Position numbers and translations under genes: made by a program | Assembly: GCF_009834535.1 (NCBI RefSeq) | Contig: NC_045696.1 | Span: 93,498,001 to 93,562,000, forward strand | Direction of reading: 5' to 3' | Length of the DNA stretch: 64,000 bases | DNA from: Camelus ferus | Taxonomy: Eukaryota | In this document: positions 25,070 through 38,180 of the stretch, piece by piece | Position numbering within the stretch: position 1 is the stretch's first letter | Layout: the number at the start of each line of letters is the position of its first letter | Notes under the pieces: model-generated | Told to the model about the DNA's origin: nothing | The model's database searches: none | What the model saw: only the letters and a program-made list of their open reading frames with translations

Positions 25070-26310
25070 GGAATTTTCTTTTTAGATAAATATTCCAACT
25101 AATAAATGATAGACTTAGAAAGTCGCCACTCTAATGAATGGATTTATGCAATGAATAACAAAGACAGCTAAAAATCATAAAAAAGTGGCAACTAAGTATT
25201 GTGTATCTCCAGATTCAAGAACACATGTTAATTCTTTGAAATAGTCTTCTAAAAGAAAATAAACTCTTAATAAATCTCTAGATCTAACTACAACACCTTT
25301 GGCAGTATAAAGACAAACTTGTTAAATGACACCACAGGAAGACATTCAACAAAATCCAAATGTTGGCAACACCACAGGACAGATTATTCCCTTTATTCAA
25401 CAAATAAATTGAAAAAAAAGAAACCAAAACAAAACAAATATGAAGAGGATAACCTAGAAACTTAAGAGCCCTGTGTCAATTGGAATTTTGGATCTTATAT
25501 AGATCCTGATTCTAACAAGTTATATAAAAGAAGACAATCAAGGATAATTTTGAACACTAATCAAATATTGTATATCATCATGCAATTATATTTAATTACC
25601 CTAGGTAGTATAGCTCAAAGATATTGCAGGTTTGGTTCCAGACTACTGAAATAAAGTGAATACTACAATAAAATGAGTCACATGAATATTTTGGTTCCCA
25701 GGGCAAACAAAAGTTATATTTATGCTATACTGTAGTATACTAAGTGTGAAATAGCATTATATCTAAAAAACCCAATGTACATAACTTAATTAAAAATACT
25801 TGTTGCCAAAAAAATGCCAAAACAATTAAAATAATAACATCAAAGCTCACTGATCACAGATCACCATAACAAATATAATAATAGTGAAAAAGTTTGAAAT
25901 ATTATGAGAATTACCGCGACGTGACACAGAGACACAAAGTGAGTGAATGCTGTTGGGAAAATGTCACCAAAAGATTTAATTGAAGCAGGGTTGCCACAAA
26001 CTTTCAATTTGTAAAACACATGGTGTCTGCAAAGCATAATAAAGTGAAGTGCAATAAAATGGGGTATGCAAGTCTAATTACCTCATAATGACCTATGTCT
26101 GTAAAAGTATTCTTACCTTTAGAGACATATACTGAAATATTTCCAGATAAAAGAAGTTAGACATCTGATTCAAAATGACAGGGTAGGAAATGTGCAGGGA
26201 TAAAGATGAAAAAATTGATCATGAGTTGGTAATTATTGATACTGGTAATGGATTCATGGGTTACTTAGATTATTTTGAAATTTCTCATAATAAAGAGCTA
26301 AAATATAAGC
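25070..26310 (+). mobile_element. Old L1 (L1ME/MD-like) 3'UTR, interrupted by a Tigger element
   Basis: tttagataaatattccaactaataaatg…, gatcctgattctaacaag and tttagagacatatactgaaatatttccagataa. Confidence 0.65.
25603..26072 (+). mobile_element. Tigger2-derived non-autonomous DNA transposon (Tigger2a/MER28-like)
   Basis: gatattgcaggtttggttccagactactgaaataaagtg at the 5' end and gcaataaaatggggtatgc at the 3' end. Confidence 0.85.
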
Positions 26311-27840
26311 AACAAATATTTACTAATTACCAACCATGTACTCATCACTGTGTTAAGCAATTTGGAATAATAAAAGAACTATATATCATGATTTCTGACC
26401 ACAAGAAACTTTTGATCTAATCCAGGTGACAATATTGTGAGACAACAAGAATCAATGGAATTAACAGTTAAAATATTTGGCACAGATTGTAGGCATCCAG
26501 AGAAGAATTAAATTCCTGAGGCCTGGAAAAGTTAGAAGAAACTTTAGAGAAGAGAAGAAAAGAGATTCAAACTGGCATTTTAAAGGATAAGACAAATCTG
26601 AAGAGATAAAAGGAATAGAGAAGAGCTGAGGCAGTTTACTAGATTCTATAAAGGTTAATAAATAAAAATCTCCTCTTATTATTTTGGTTGGGATATACTT
26701 CCCTATGCTTCATCCCTGGGCTCTCAAAAGTAATCTCTCAAAATTATCTCTGAATATTAAACTACACAAATTTCATTGAGTACGCAGAGTCCTTCTGTCA
26801 TCATATTTTTAAAGGTCATCTGTTTTTCTCTTGAAGAAACACCATCTCTCTTCAGTAAAAATCAAATTGAAATTCATATTTCAAATAAAACTAAAGATAG
26901 AAGCCTCTCCCTGAACACACTGTGGAAGGAAATCATTACACAAACCATCCATGAGTAGAATATATTTTTACACTCACAACAGGTTAGTATAAAATTAGCA
27001 TACAATAGAGGGTAAGTTTTGGTCAATTCAAAGAGAATGCATGCCAATAGCAACTAATAGTGGCCCATTATACCTCCCAATCATGTTAGAAAAATATTTC
27101 TTCCAATTTTTCAGTGTAAACATAATTACTCCAAGCACCAAGTTATTCTTTTGCCAAGAAAAAAACAAACAAACCTATATGCTTACCCAAAATTATCCAG
27201 TAGAACAGGTTACAAGGTGCAAGACTGAGACCTAAAGAGGCTAAGTAACTGACCCATAATGACACAGAATGTTTGTTATGTATTTTATTTAATGTTTCCT
27301 TTTGTAACTGCTTGCTTATAGTCACACATCTGCAATATATTTAACCTCTATGTTGATAGCTAAAACAATTGTGATTTAAGGATGAATAAAATTGTTTACT
27401 TAGCAGGTATTACATAACAACATACACATTAAGCATTCAGATAAATAATAAGCTTTTTTCCATCTGATTACATACTCATGAAGTTCCTTTCTGATTATAA
27501 TTTAGTTCCCATGAAGGTCTGCTTACATGGATAGACTGCATAGTATAACACACATAAATATGGCTTATATGACATTGGCATCAGCTGTATAGTCCCAAAA
27601 ACTTGATATGTATTCCAGATACACCTTTTTCTTCTTTGCATTGTGACCTTGGGCTTAATCTCAAATTTAATTTTATGATGATATAATTTCAGAATTGATT
27701 CTTTATTTAATCTGTTTCAATATTTTGACGTTATTGCCTTAGAGATAAGTCTATTAGATAAACCAGCCTTAACAGCAGCAGGGTTTTATTTACCAATTCA
27801 TGATAATCAGACTTTGTATTTTAGGACCCTTTACCTAGGG

Positions 27841-28075
27841 CAGAGTTTCTCAGCCTGGGCACTATTAAGATTTTGGGCCAGATAATTCTTTGTTGCAGGT
27901 ATCTATCCCCTATGTTGTAGAATGTATAGCAGGATCCCTGGCCTCTACACACTAGATGTCAGTAGCATGCCCCCCCTCTCGCCCCTACCCAGTTGTGACA
28001 ACGAAAACTGTCCATAGACATTATCAAATGTCCCCTGGGGGCCAAGTTGCCCCCTTTATCCACTTAGAAACACCG
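27841..28075 (+). mobile_element. MER20 hAT-Charlie DNA transposon
   Basis: cagagtttctcagcctgggcactattaagattttgggccagataattctttgttg…ccagttgtgacaacgaaaactgtccatagacattatcaaatgtcccctgggg. Confidence 0.9.
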
Positions 28076-29039
28076 GTCTATGAGACAATCAAAATTTTTT
28101 CCTGATTTTGTCTGCCACATACAGCATAACTCAGAAGCATGATTATGTTTACTTTGACTATCTTTCCTCTATTACTTATAAAGGATTGTTAAAGTTTTCC
28201 ACCTTCCCTCCCACCCTCATTTATTATCCCAGCTTGATGGGATAGAAGAGAGGCTTAATTAGCATACTCTAGAAAAGAGATAGAGGGGAGGAAGATAAAA
28301 TAATTCCTACGTTTTTGTATTACGGTATTAACTATTTTTAAATGTCTGTATGGAATGAGTAGTTATATTTAATTATAAATGTAAGTTAATAATCATAATT
28401 GTTGATCTATGTGTGTTACAATGGCGGATGACCCTATCTATCTTGCTCAAAATTATGCCCCTAGAGTCTGGCAGTGTGTTTCCATCCTTGTTAGACATTC
28501 AATATACATCTAATGAATCCATGACTAAAGTTCTCATCACTTTATAATGACAGTAGTAACCTGCTAATTGCTAAACCTGCTAACTAGTTTTAAAGTTATT
28601 CTTCTTGTAGGAGGAGGTCATTTAAGAGTACACCCTGAATAATTGCCATTTATCACTATCAAAAGATTTAGCTCAAAGGAGGTGATCAGCACCAAACAAC
28701 AAAATGTAAAACAGTACATTACCAAACTAATTTAAAGGTAAAGGTGAAGTTATATGGGGACTGAGAAAAAGAAGAAATGATAAAAGATTAGCACATTGAG
28801 AAAATGAGGTGGTAATTGGATTGAGCCTTCAAGGAGAGGACTTTTATAGTGTGAGGCTTTGAGGTTTGAAGGTACCAAACTGCACTGAGTCTTAGTGAGA
28901 AGGCATCTATAGCTGCACAATCTTGTCATGGTGAACCCACAAACTACGAAATGGAAATTAAGTTTCAAGAGCAACCAAGAAATTAATAATGCATAGAAGC
29001 CAGAGCAACAAACATTTACAATATCAGGAAACAGCACCC

Positions 29040-29322
29040 AAAAAATTCCAGATATATTAACTTTAAACTTAAAATTGAATTATAAACATACTGGAAAAAA
29101 TATAGACAAGTTTATTTCTAAATCTTAGAGTAGGGACAGCCTTTTAAAACACGATACAAAATCTAGAAAGTATAAGGGAAAAGAAAGATGCATTTTACTT
29201 TGTATATTAAAATGTTCTTCAAGGGAAAATTACTGTAATCAGATTCAATATAAAAAGTGAAAAAATATTCGAAACACAAATGACTGACAATAAGCTAATT
29301 TCCTTTGTACATAAAAAGCTCT
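29040..29322 (+). mobile_element. L1ME-like fragment (5' side of the L2 insertion)
   Basis: Degenerate ORF2 3' region ending ctaatttcctttgtacataaaaagctct. Confidence 0.6.
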
Positions 29323-30172
29323 GAGTCATCCTTATTCTTATCTCTCATTTCAGTATCCAATCCATCAGCAAATCTTGTCAGTTTCACAGTTACATTATAT
29401 TCAAAATCTGACCACTTGTCACCACCTCCACTCCCACTTCTCTGGTCCAAAGCACTGGCATCTCCACCCTGAAGTATTGCAGTTGCCTTTTCACTAGACT
29501 GCCTGCCGAGGCTCCCTGCACTGGCTCCACTCTAAAGTCAAATCTCAGTACAGCAACTGGAGAGACCCTGCTAAAACCAAAGTCGTAAGTCCCTTCTCTC
29601 TCAAAACCCTCAGAAGGCTTTCAACCACACTCCCCGTGAAAGCCAAGGTTCCCTACAATGGCTGGCAGCATCCTAAAGCATCCTACTTGATTTGGCCTCT
29701 CCTTATCAAGCTGATCTTGTGTCCTACAAGGCTCTCCTCACTTGCTCATGCAGCTTTAGCCACCTGGCATTCTGGACCCCTGTTTCTCAGTGCCTTTACT
29801 CTTGCCACTCCTCAGTATGGATATTCCTGCTCTAGACATCACGTGGACTTCTCCCTCACCACTTCAGGTGTCTTATGCAACTGTCACCTTCTCTCTGAAG
29901 CCCTCCCAGATAGTGCTATTTAACAACCCAAACTCGTGCCTTGAATTCCCTCTCCCACTTTTCTTATTCACTTTTCATGATTGAGCTTATCAACCACCTA
30001 ACATTATAATACTGTGGTATCTACTATGTTCATTTTTGTTTCCTCCTTCTAGAATGAAAGTTCCATAAGAAAAAGGTTTTTATTTGTTTTTGTTGACTGC
30101 TCTGCTTCCAGCATCGTCAATGGAGCCTGTCACATGGTAGGACATTAAATATTTATTGACTGAATTCTGAAT
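29323..30172 (+). mobile_element. L2a 3' region
   Basis: atccaatccatcagcaaatcttgtcag…ccacttgtcaccacctccac…ttctagaatgaaagttcc…aatatttattgactgaattctgaatg. Confidence 0.85.
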
Positions 30173-30750
30173 GAAATTAAGAAGGAAAAAGCCAACTCAA
30201 TAGAAAAATGAGCAAGTGACAGTTAAAAAAAACTAACAAAAATATGAAAAGATGTTTATTTATAATTAAAATATGTAAACAAGTTTGCCAAATATTAAAC
30301 AATCTTACCAAATTAATGTGATGAAGCAAGCACTTTCATGCACAGGTGATAGAGGCACAAACCAAAAATCAATTTGGGTCTATTTATTAAAATTAATATT
30401 CCACACTCTTTTAGCCATAATACCCTATTTAGAAATTCTGCAAATATGCTTATATAAAAACACAAAAATATGTTTATATATAGATGTTCCATGAAGCATT
30501 GTGATTAATAACAACAACAAAAAAACCTTGAATCAACATAAATATTGAGCACTGATGTAAATTATGGAGCATAATGCAGACTTTAACAGAACAAAGTAGA
30601 AATATAAGATGATATAGAAAAATGTACTATTATTAAGTGAAAAGCTAGGTTCAAAAGAATAGGTCTTGTAGGATACCATTTATTTTTCCTGAAAGCATAC
30701 ACACATTCTGATGTTCACGTTTATATATATGTAAAGTATTTCTAGAGAGA
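30173..30750 (+). mobile_element. L1ME-like fragment (3' side of the L2 insertion)
   Basis: aagccaactcaatagaaaaatgagcaag…tattaagtgaaaagctaggttcaaaag. Confidence 0.6.
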
Positions 30751-31998
30751 TATAAACCCATTGATCCACACACATTGTGAGTCATTCACACGTTAATGGT
30801 TTACCTGAATTCTAGTTGATTATTTGCTCCTCCATGAAATTTATTTCAAACTTATATCATGAATAGCCTCTAAGATAGCAAACGTACATTACAGTCAATA
30901 GTAGAATAACAGAGTACCATATAAATTTCTATGGTCATATTTGGTCTTTAGACCATTTTTTAAAATATGAGGAAATTTTTTTAAAACTGACAGAACTTCA
31001 GATATTTAGAATTATTTAAAACCTTCGTAAAGCAAAATTATTAAAATATCATGTATATGTAAGAAATAAAGCACTATTAGATCACTATTATATTTTTACT
31101 ACAACTGGCAGATGCTTCTAAATTTTGTTTAAAAATATTCAATTGGTCAATATCTGCCTCAATCTAGCTGCATTCTAGTGGAATAAATAATTGAAGATTG
31201 ATCTGAATGGTAACTTTTGTATTCTGTGCACAGCATGGCAATCTGTAATTAGAGTGCTACCTTTTCACTAAACCAGCTATAAGAAATGGTTGACTTGAAG
31301 CCAACAATTACCAATTAGTATTACAAGCAATAAAAAAGAGTTGATGGAAAAGTTATGAAGCATGTAAGGGATTACAAATAACCAGTAACATTGCCTGTTT
31401 TCTGTATATCATATGGATCTGATAGAATAACAAGATCATTCTTGGATCTTTGTTCAGATTTTTACCCTAAAAGAAAACATACTAATATTTCTACTCACAA
31501 TTCTCAGAGAAGTGATCACCTAAATGCAGCTGATTGTTGATACAAATGTCACAACCTAAACAGTCTTTGATGGTTTGGAGAAATCACATATTTTTAAAAA
31601 TTGCCACACTGTTAAGTTAAAAAATTACAACTTTTCCTGGCTCATACCATTTTAGTGAATTTTGCTCAATATTGTGCCTGTAATTGTTCTTGTGAATCTG
31701 GTGTAGAGAGACTAGAGAAAGAGCTGTATAATAAAGCCTGTAGGAAGAGACATCATGCTGGGCAGATAGGGAGAGATTATTCCATTCCAGAAAGTCTTTC
31801 AAACATGAAAGAGAAAAGAAGTGAACAAACCAGAACAAGACATTAATTCTTCCGAGAGAACAGCCTTAACAGAGAGCTTAGATGAGGGTGTCTCAGAAGA
31901 AAGAAATTATGCATTATTTTTCAGAAGGAAACTGTTCCAGAGATGCCTGAAGCAAAAAGTACACCTGTCTAGGCCAAAGGGCTTGAGAGAATCCAGGG

Positions 31999-32260
31999 CA
32001 GAGGTCTGCAACCAGTGGCTCATGGACTACATCCTGCCTATAGGCATGATTACTTTATGTGTTTAATTGAACAGTACTTAAAAATCAGATTTCACATACA
32101 ATGCCTTATTTCTAGCTTCTTTTGAAAAAAAAATCCATGTTCCTCAATCATAGAATGACATTTTTGCACTGAAACAATTGATTGCCATTGAGTAGCAGCT
32201 GTCCCATAGAAAGGATTCCCTCCTTCCCGTTATTCATAGTTCCTGCTCTACAATTAGTCC
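31999..32260 (+). mobile_element. MER102-like hAT-Charlie element
   Basis: cagaggtctgcaaccagtggctcatggac…aaaatcagatttcacatac…gcttcttttgaaaaa…tgagtagcagctgtccc. Confidence 0.65.
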
Positions 32261-35200
32261 AAATGATTCATTTGGGCAAATCAGAAAGGGCTGCCTTTTC
32301 TTAAGATAATTTACTACCATCGTCCAGAAAATTGTCTTAATAGATATACTCATCTACAAAGATTACAAATGTGAATGGAGCTCCTTGGAGTTGTTCAATG
32401 CACCATCTGCAGCACTGGCTGCTTCACTCAATGTCACCTGCCTTCAGGGGACTTAGAATAGCATCGAATGAAAGGGAAGAAGACAAAGCTAGACCAGCAC
32501 AGGATCTATTCTTTTTGCCACTCTGGTCAGGATTAGTGACCTTTCTCTCTTTCCTTCTTTTTCTTTCTTTCCCTCTCATCTTTCCTTCCATCTTTCCTTC
32601 CTTCATTCCTCTCTCTCTTTCTCTCTCACTCTCACACACACAACAGTTTTAAAGTGTTTAACTTGCTAACTCATTTCTTGATAATAACTTATCTGGTTAT
32701 TAATAAAATATTTGTAAAGAAGGTGAATGAAACTGTTCTATAGTTCATTTTGTTTTGCTAATATATCAAACCAAAACATCATCTGCAATCTTGAGCTGCT
32801 CAAAAAATCATAAACAAATAAGTTTTCTTCCAGAAATTATTTTAGAAGCAGGAGGGGGAAAGTACACAAAGTATATTTCTTTTATATATTGCCCCAAAGA
32901 GTATAGATCATATTCCACTTTTTCTTTCAAACAACTCTCTCTCCTTTCTGAGAGAGTATTTGAGGGTTTAGAAAGAAGACACTTTCCTGGGCATCTAGTA
33001 TCTATCCAGACTAGAGAGTACTCAAATTTTACTTTCCAAAACACAAGAGCAAGAAATGAGGCTTACAAAAGCTAGAAGAAAATGGAAAAAAGCAACATCA
33101 ATATTCATTGACTTACCTATTTTTTTTTCTTCTCTTCCATCAGGTCATAGCTAATATATAAGCTCTTTAAGGAGATCTTACCTCAACCCCCAACCTAAGG
33201 TTGCTCACCCATTTGTCTTTATATCACCCTACTTGTTTGCTTCATAGTTCTAATTATGTATGGATTTGATCCACTTATTTATTCAGTTCATTTGTTGATT
33301 GCCTGCCACATGCCAGACATTACTCTGGGCTCTGGGAAGACCACGGTAAACCTGCCTACTGAGGTCTTACTATATACTGTGTAAGATACACAGACAGCTA
33401 ACAGTCAGGCACATAAGTAAAATCATTGCACATGGTGGCAAGTGAAATCCTTAATTTACATTTCTGTTTTTCTGTAGCTCTAACCTGTAAGTGTCCGTCT
33501 GTATTTCGTCTTCTATTATATCCTTGCACCAAGCACTGTTCTGGCACCTTCCCTGACTGACTGGCTGAATGATTTTATTAACTTTTTAAGTAAAATGGAT
33601 TTCTATAATAACACTTAAGTAGGAGTAGATATCAATTATTACAAGAATAATATCACCTATGTGGGAGTAGTGAGGGGTTTACACTTGACACGTCTGAGTT
33701 CATATAATGATCAATTATCAAAAAGTTTTTGAAAAATAAATGAGAAAACACTCCCACTGCCCAGAGAGCCCCACAGCAGATACTTTAGTGCATACCCTTC
33801 TAGATCTTACTCTGTGGAACACATATATTTAAAGAACTTCAAATTTCTTCAACAAACATTGCCATATTAGATACACTGCTTTGAAACCTGCTTTTTTTCT
33901 ATTAACAATGTCCATTTTTACATTTTAGAAATATTAGGGTGTTTTACTTTATTTCCCTCAGAAAGGTTGACAATTGAGTGAGTACAATCCAAAAGGTATA
34001 TAATTCTGAGTCATAACCAAAACAAAAACTTATGAGCCATGATCTCCTATTTGTGCATCTGAAATTTTTAAACAGTGTACATTTTCAAAGACAAAGGGGA
34101 AGGATAGGAGAGAATTGAACACCCACTCAGCAAATCAGGAAGCAAACTAATACAATTGCTATTTCATGAAAATAACCGACCCTCAAGCCACTCAAGTGGC
34201 TATTATCCCAGCTGGAATGTCAGCTCCAACGTTTCTCTATTTGCATTGTCTAATTTGTTTACTTGTACCTAAATTGTTCCAGAAAAAGAGTTCAAATGAA
34301 ATATCACCATCAACACTTCTCTACTTGAAGTATTCTCTTTTATAGTTTATCCATATGCCATCTTTCTCCAAAAACAAAGAACCTACAGTAGGTAACAAAG
34401 ATGAATACATACATATATGCAAAAAACATAAATATGAAAAATACAGGCTGGAAGAGAAATAGAGCCAAGAGTTAAGTTAGGAAACAAAGTACATCTACTA
34501 TAGAAATGTTAGGTCAACAATGTTGTTGATAAAATTGAAGAATGGAAAAAAGTTGTTAATATCCCTGGAGGAGGTGTAATATCTAAGCACCCTTTATTAA
34601 AATGTTTCTGGTGTGTTTATTAAACATGAAACCAACAGGGGGAAAACCTAGATTGGGTAGCTGTGAAATATACTTGTGGAATGGATGACATATTTATATT
34701 GCTTTCAAATCAGCTTATTTTCATTCCCTTTTGCACATTGCCCTCAATTGCCTGGCCTTCCCAATCTTTTGCATCCTGAGAGTTCCTAGTCTGCAGATAT
34801 GGCCTTGCCTCTGTGACTACTCAACTTCCTGATCTCTTCATTTTGGAGGATTGCTTGGAAGAAGGAAAGCAGAAGCCATGAAGGAGGAAACTCACAAAGG
34901 GAACGAGGAGGGGAAAGGAAGACAGAGCAACTATAACATGCATAAATTAAGCATCTCTAGTGTAGGAAACGGTAGGAAAAGGAGAGACCTTTATGTATAT
35001 TGTTAAATTTACCTTCAGTATCAAATTCTCATTTCTGTGACTAAATACATTTTTAATGAATTACATCAGCCAATCTACTATAAATGCACTTACCATCAGA
35101 CATAGAAAATAAAATCAATGAGTTATTCCTGTTGAGAATGGAAGAGCCAGGCCCACATTGTAAATACATATATGTATGAGTGACTTTCTATAGAACTGTA

Positions 35201-35839
35201 TGCCAATAATTGTAATGTGTATTTACACTCAAAATAAATCCACTTGAATTATAAGATTAGCCTTCGTTTTCGATTACAGGGACTATTATTTTAAGCAACG
35301 TTCTTAAAACTAACCCTTTTCTCTAGAATATATTTCTTTTCTTTGCTCATATTAAAGAACTCAAAAATTCAATATGCAGCTCCAACTATAAATCCCCCTC
35401 TGAGCAAATAAAATATGCCTGGCAACTCAGAAGTTGTCTGAAACTCTCGAGACCTGCAGAAGCCTCTCCTACATTTTTTTCCAGTCACACAATAATCTCC
35501 AGACCTAATTATTTTCCTCTTTCTCTACTTGCAAAACAGAGAGAAGAGATCGTTCTTTGTAAAAGACTCCAAATCTTTAAAATAACTTAAAAGCCAACTT
35601 GGTCTCAGTGCGCCAATATTTGACTGCCTTTATAAACCAAAAAGTTGTGGAATATAAATTTGTTTCTATTCCAAATATATTCTCAGTGCTATGCTCGTAA
35701 CTCTTTTAAAAGGACTCTGGAGGGAGGGGGTAGAGATAAGGGGAGTCAGTTTCTGAACTTTCCAACTTCTATAGTGTAAGTATCCCCACCATAACTGATA
35801 TCAAACTACCGATGTTTTACGCTCTACTCGCAGGTGAAT

Positions 35840-36140
35840 GTGTCCTCCTCACCATTCATTGTCCCTTCTCTGCTTTGTGTTCATAACCATCACTTCATTT
35901 CTGCCATCAGTATTTCTCACTGAATACTGTAACCATTCCATTGCAAATTCAGATTCTGAACCCCTCATCTATCCTCAGTAATGCAGCCAGAAATGTCTTT
36001 CTAAGATGCAAAGATTTGAGTCAATGTGCTTCACTGCCTTTAGACAAAGGCTAAAGTCCTACTAGAGCTGCAGATGGTCCCTTTGATTTGGTCCATGTAT
36101 GTATTTCATCTAGTCATACTAGCTGCTCTTAATTTCCTTG
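35840..36140 (+). mobile_element. L2 fragment
   Basis: ccatcagtatttctcactgaatactgtaacc…gcagccagaaatgtctttctaagatgcaaa. Confidence 0.55.
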
Positions 36141-37910
36141 AAATTTCTGCAGTCAAACCTGTGAATAGTTGCATCAAGTGGGATAAAGAAAGACTACCTA
36201 TAGCTTTGTGTCACTTCAGGCCAAGTTAGATTTTGCCGCTAAATGAGTCATCAATAAAATGTCAGCTTTCAGAGCTTTCTGGATTTCAGACTTGTCTTTG
36301 CCTTGTTGATTATGGTATCAGAGACTTGAGTGCAGGGAAGTTTTTAAGCGCTGAAAGATTCAAGAAGGCTTACTTGTACTTATTTGTAAATGCAGTAGTT
36401 TCTGAGAGACTTTCTCCACTTTAATGTGCTTCTTCAATCCAACACTGAACAAACATGGCAAAGAGGAGATAACATCTCCCAAGACCTTATCTTCCCTCAA
36501 TTGCTTTGCATGTTTCCTACACGACACCATTTCTTCTTCACTCTCGCCTAGAATGTTTTTCCACCTTTTTCTGCCCAGTGATGCCTCGACTCTTCTTGAA
36601 AATCCTCCCAATGGCTCACCTCCTTTATAAAACTGCCCCAAAGCAGCTCCCCCGAATCTAAAAGTGCAGACCCTTCAGAATCGGCTTTGCTCTTTCTCTT
36701 CCTATTTCATCCAGCCTCAGCCTGGACTTCAGTGCACTGTGTTATGTCTCCACATACACACAACAGCTCCTGCCTCACTGATGGTTTTGGGGTTTACATG
36801 TGACCACAAAGTAAAGGAAATTAGATGTGTTTCAGGACATGTGAAGATTTTTAACTGAGATATTTTCGACAGAAGAGAACACACTTTTATATATCCTTTT
36901 CATAAGCCAGGGCTAAAATGTCTAATGTGCTTTTAAAATTGAAGATTTGAAGCAGATTTTAATTCACAGAAGTTTAAGTTAACCTGCAAAATTAAATTTC
37001 CTTTTCTTCAGATTCAGAAAAAGTTTTCTGAGAATGTAAACAAGCAAATTAATTAGCAAATCAGTCATGGTTTTCACGCAACCTTCACAATATTTCTTAT
37101 GTTAGATTGTTATATTCCACATCCCACATGTATACATATATACAAGGTTACATCTACAATAACAACAAGGAACATTGTTTTTGCCATATTTCTTTACATA
37201 AAAATTCAGGTGTTAATTTTATTTACTCAAATGAGAAACAGATTAAAGTGTGTTTTTATGAATTTGAACAGATTTGCTTAATTTGTATCAACCAAAGACT
37301 TTTTTAAAAACGTGATTTTTAATTTACCTACGTTAATATTCCATTTCCCTTGCTTAACTCCCATCACATTTCATTCTTTACAATATATTGCAGACATTTT
37401 TAAATCTAACATCTAGAATACATGTTATGAAAATTTACACATCATCCTTTTTCATCTCTTTCCTCCTTCCCTCCCTTACTTACTACAGCAGATTCCATTT
37501 TCCTGCTCCAAAGGAAAAGTTTCAGTGTTTACCATAAAAAGCTGTGTTTTGTCTCTTTTACCAAAAGAAAAAAAAAAAAAAAAGAAAAGAAAAATTGAAA
37601 TGTTCTAACATTTTCCCAAGAAATCAGATTTGTATTACTGTTGTTTCCAAATGTATTTTTTTGGTTTCTGTGATTTTGGTTATATATAACTTTGTGTTAT
37701 TTATTAGATATCTGAACCTTTTAATTTTATTTTTGGGAACAGAGGAATGATAAGATTCTCAAATGTGCCAAATTAGAGGCAGATGATCCAAGCCCATGGC
37801 TAAAAAGGCTAAAAATGATGTTATTTCATTTAGCAGAAAATAACAGATGTTTTCCCAAAGGATATGTATAGAGCTTGCAGAACCAGTTTTTAACTGTGTC
37901 AGTGAAAGAG

Positions 37911-38180
37911 TCAGGAAGTTGAGGCTATATGGACAATACACATTTTTATTCTTGTGTATCTTAAAAAATCACTTTTTCACTCAGAAAAACATTTGCTTAT
38001 TTTGTGAAAAGCTGAATGCATCAGCATAATGTATACATGAAAAGAACTGATATCAGCGTGAAATTCAGGCTGCTCTCTAGGTAGTAGTTGTCTGAAGGAG
38101 CAGAGAACTTTGTTTTTCTGCCAGGAAGTCATGAGGCCAAATAATTATTTTATTTAGATTTTCCCCAACAACAGGAAGTT
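37911..38180 (+). promoter_or_regulatory. Candidate ETS / FOX:ETS enhancer motif cluster
   Basis: CAGGAAGT at 37912, 38122 and 38172, the last within AACAACAGGAAGT. Sequence appears non-repetitive. Motif evidence only. Confidence 0.35.
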
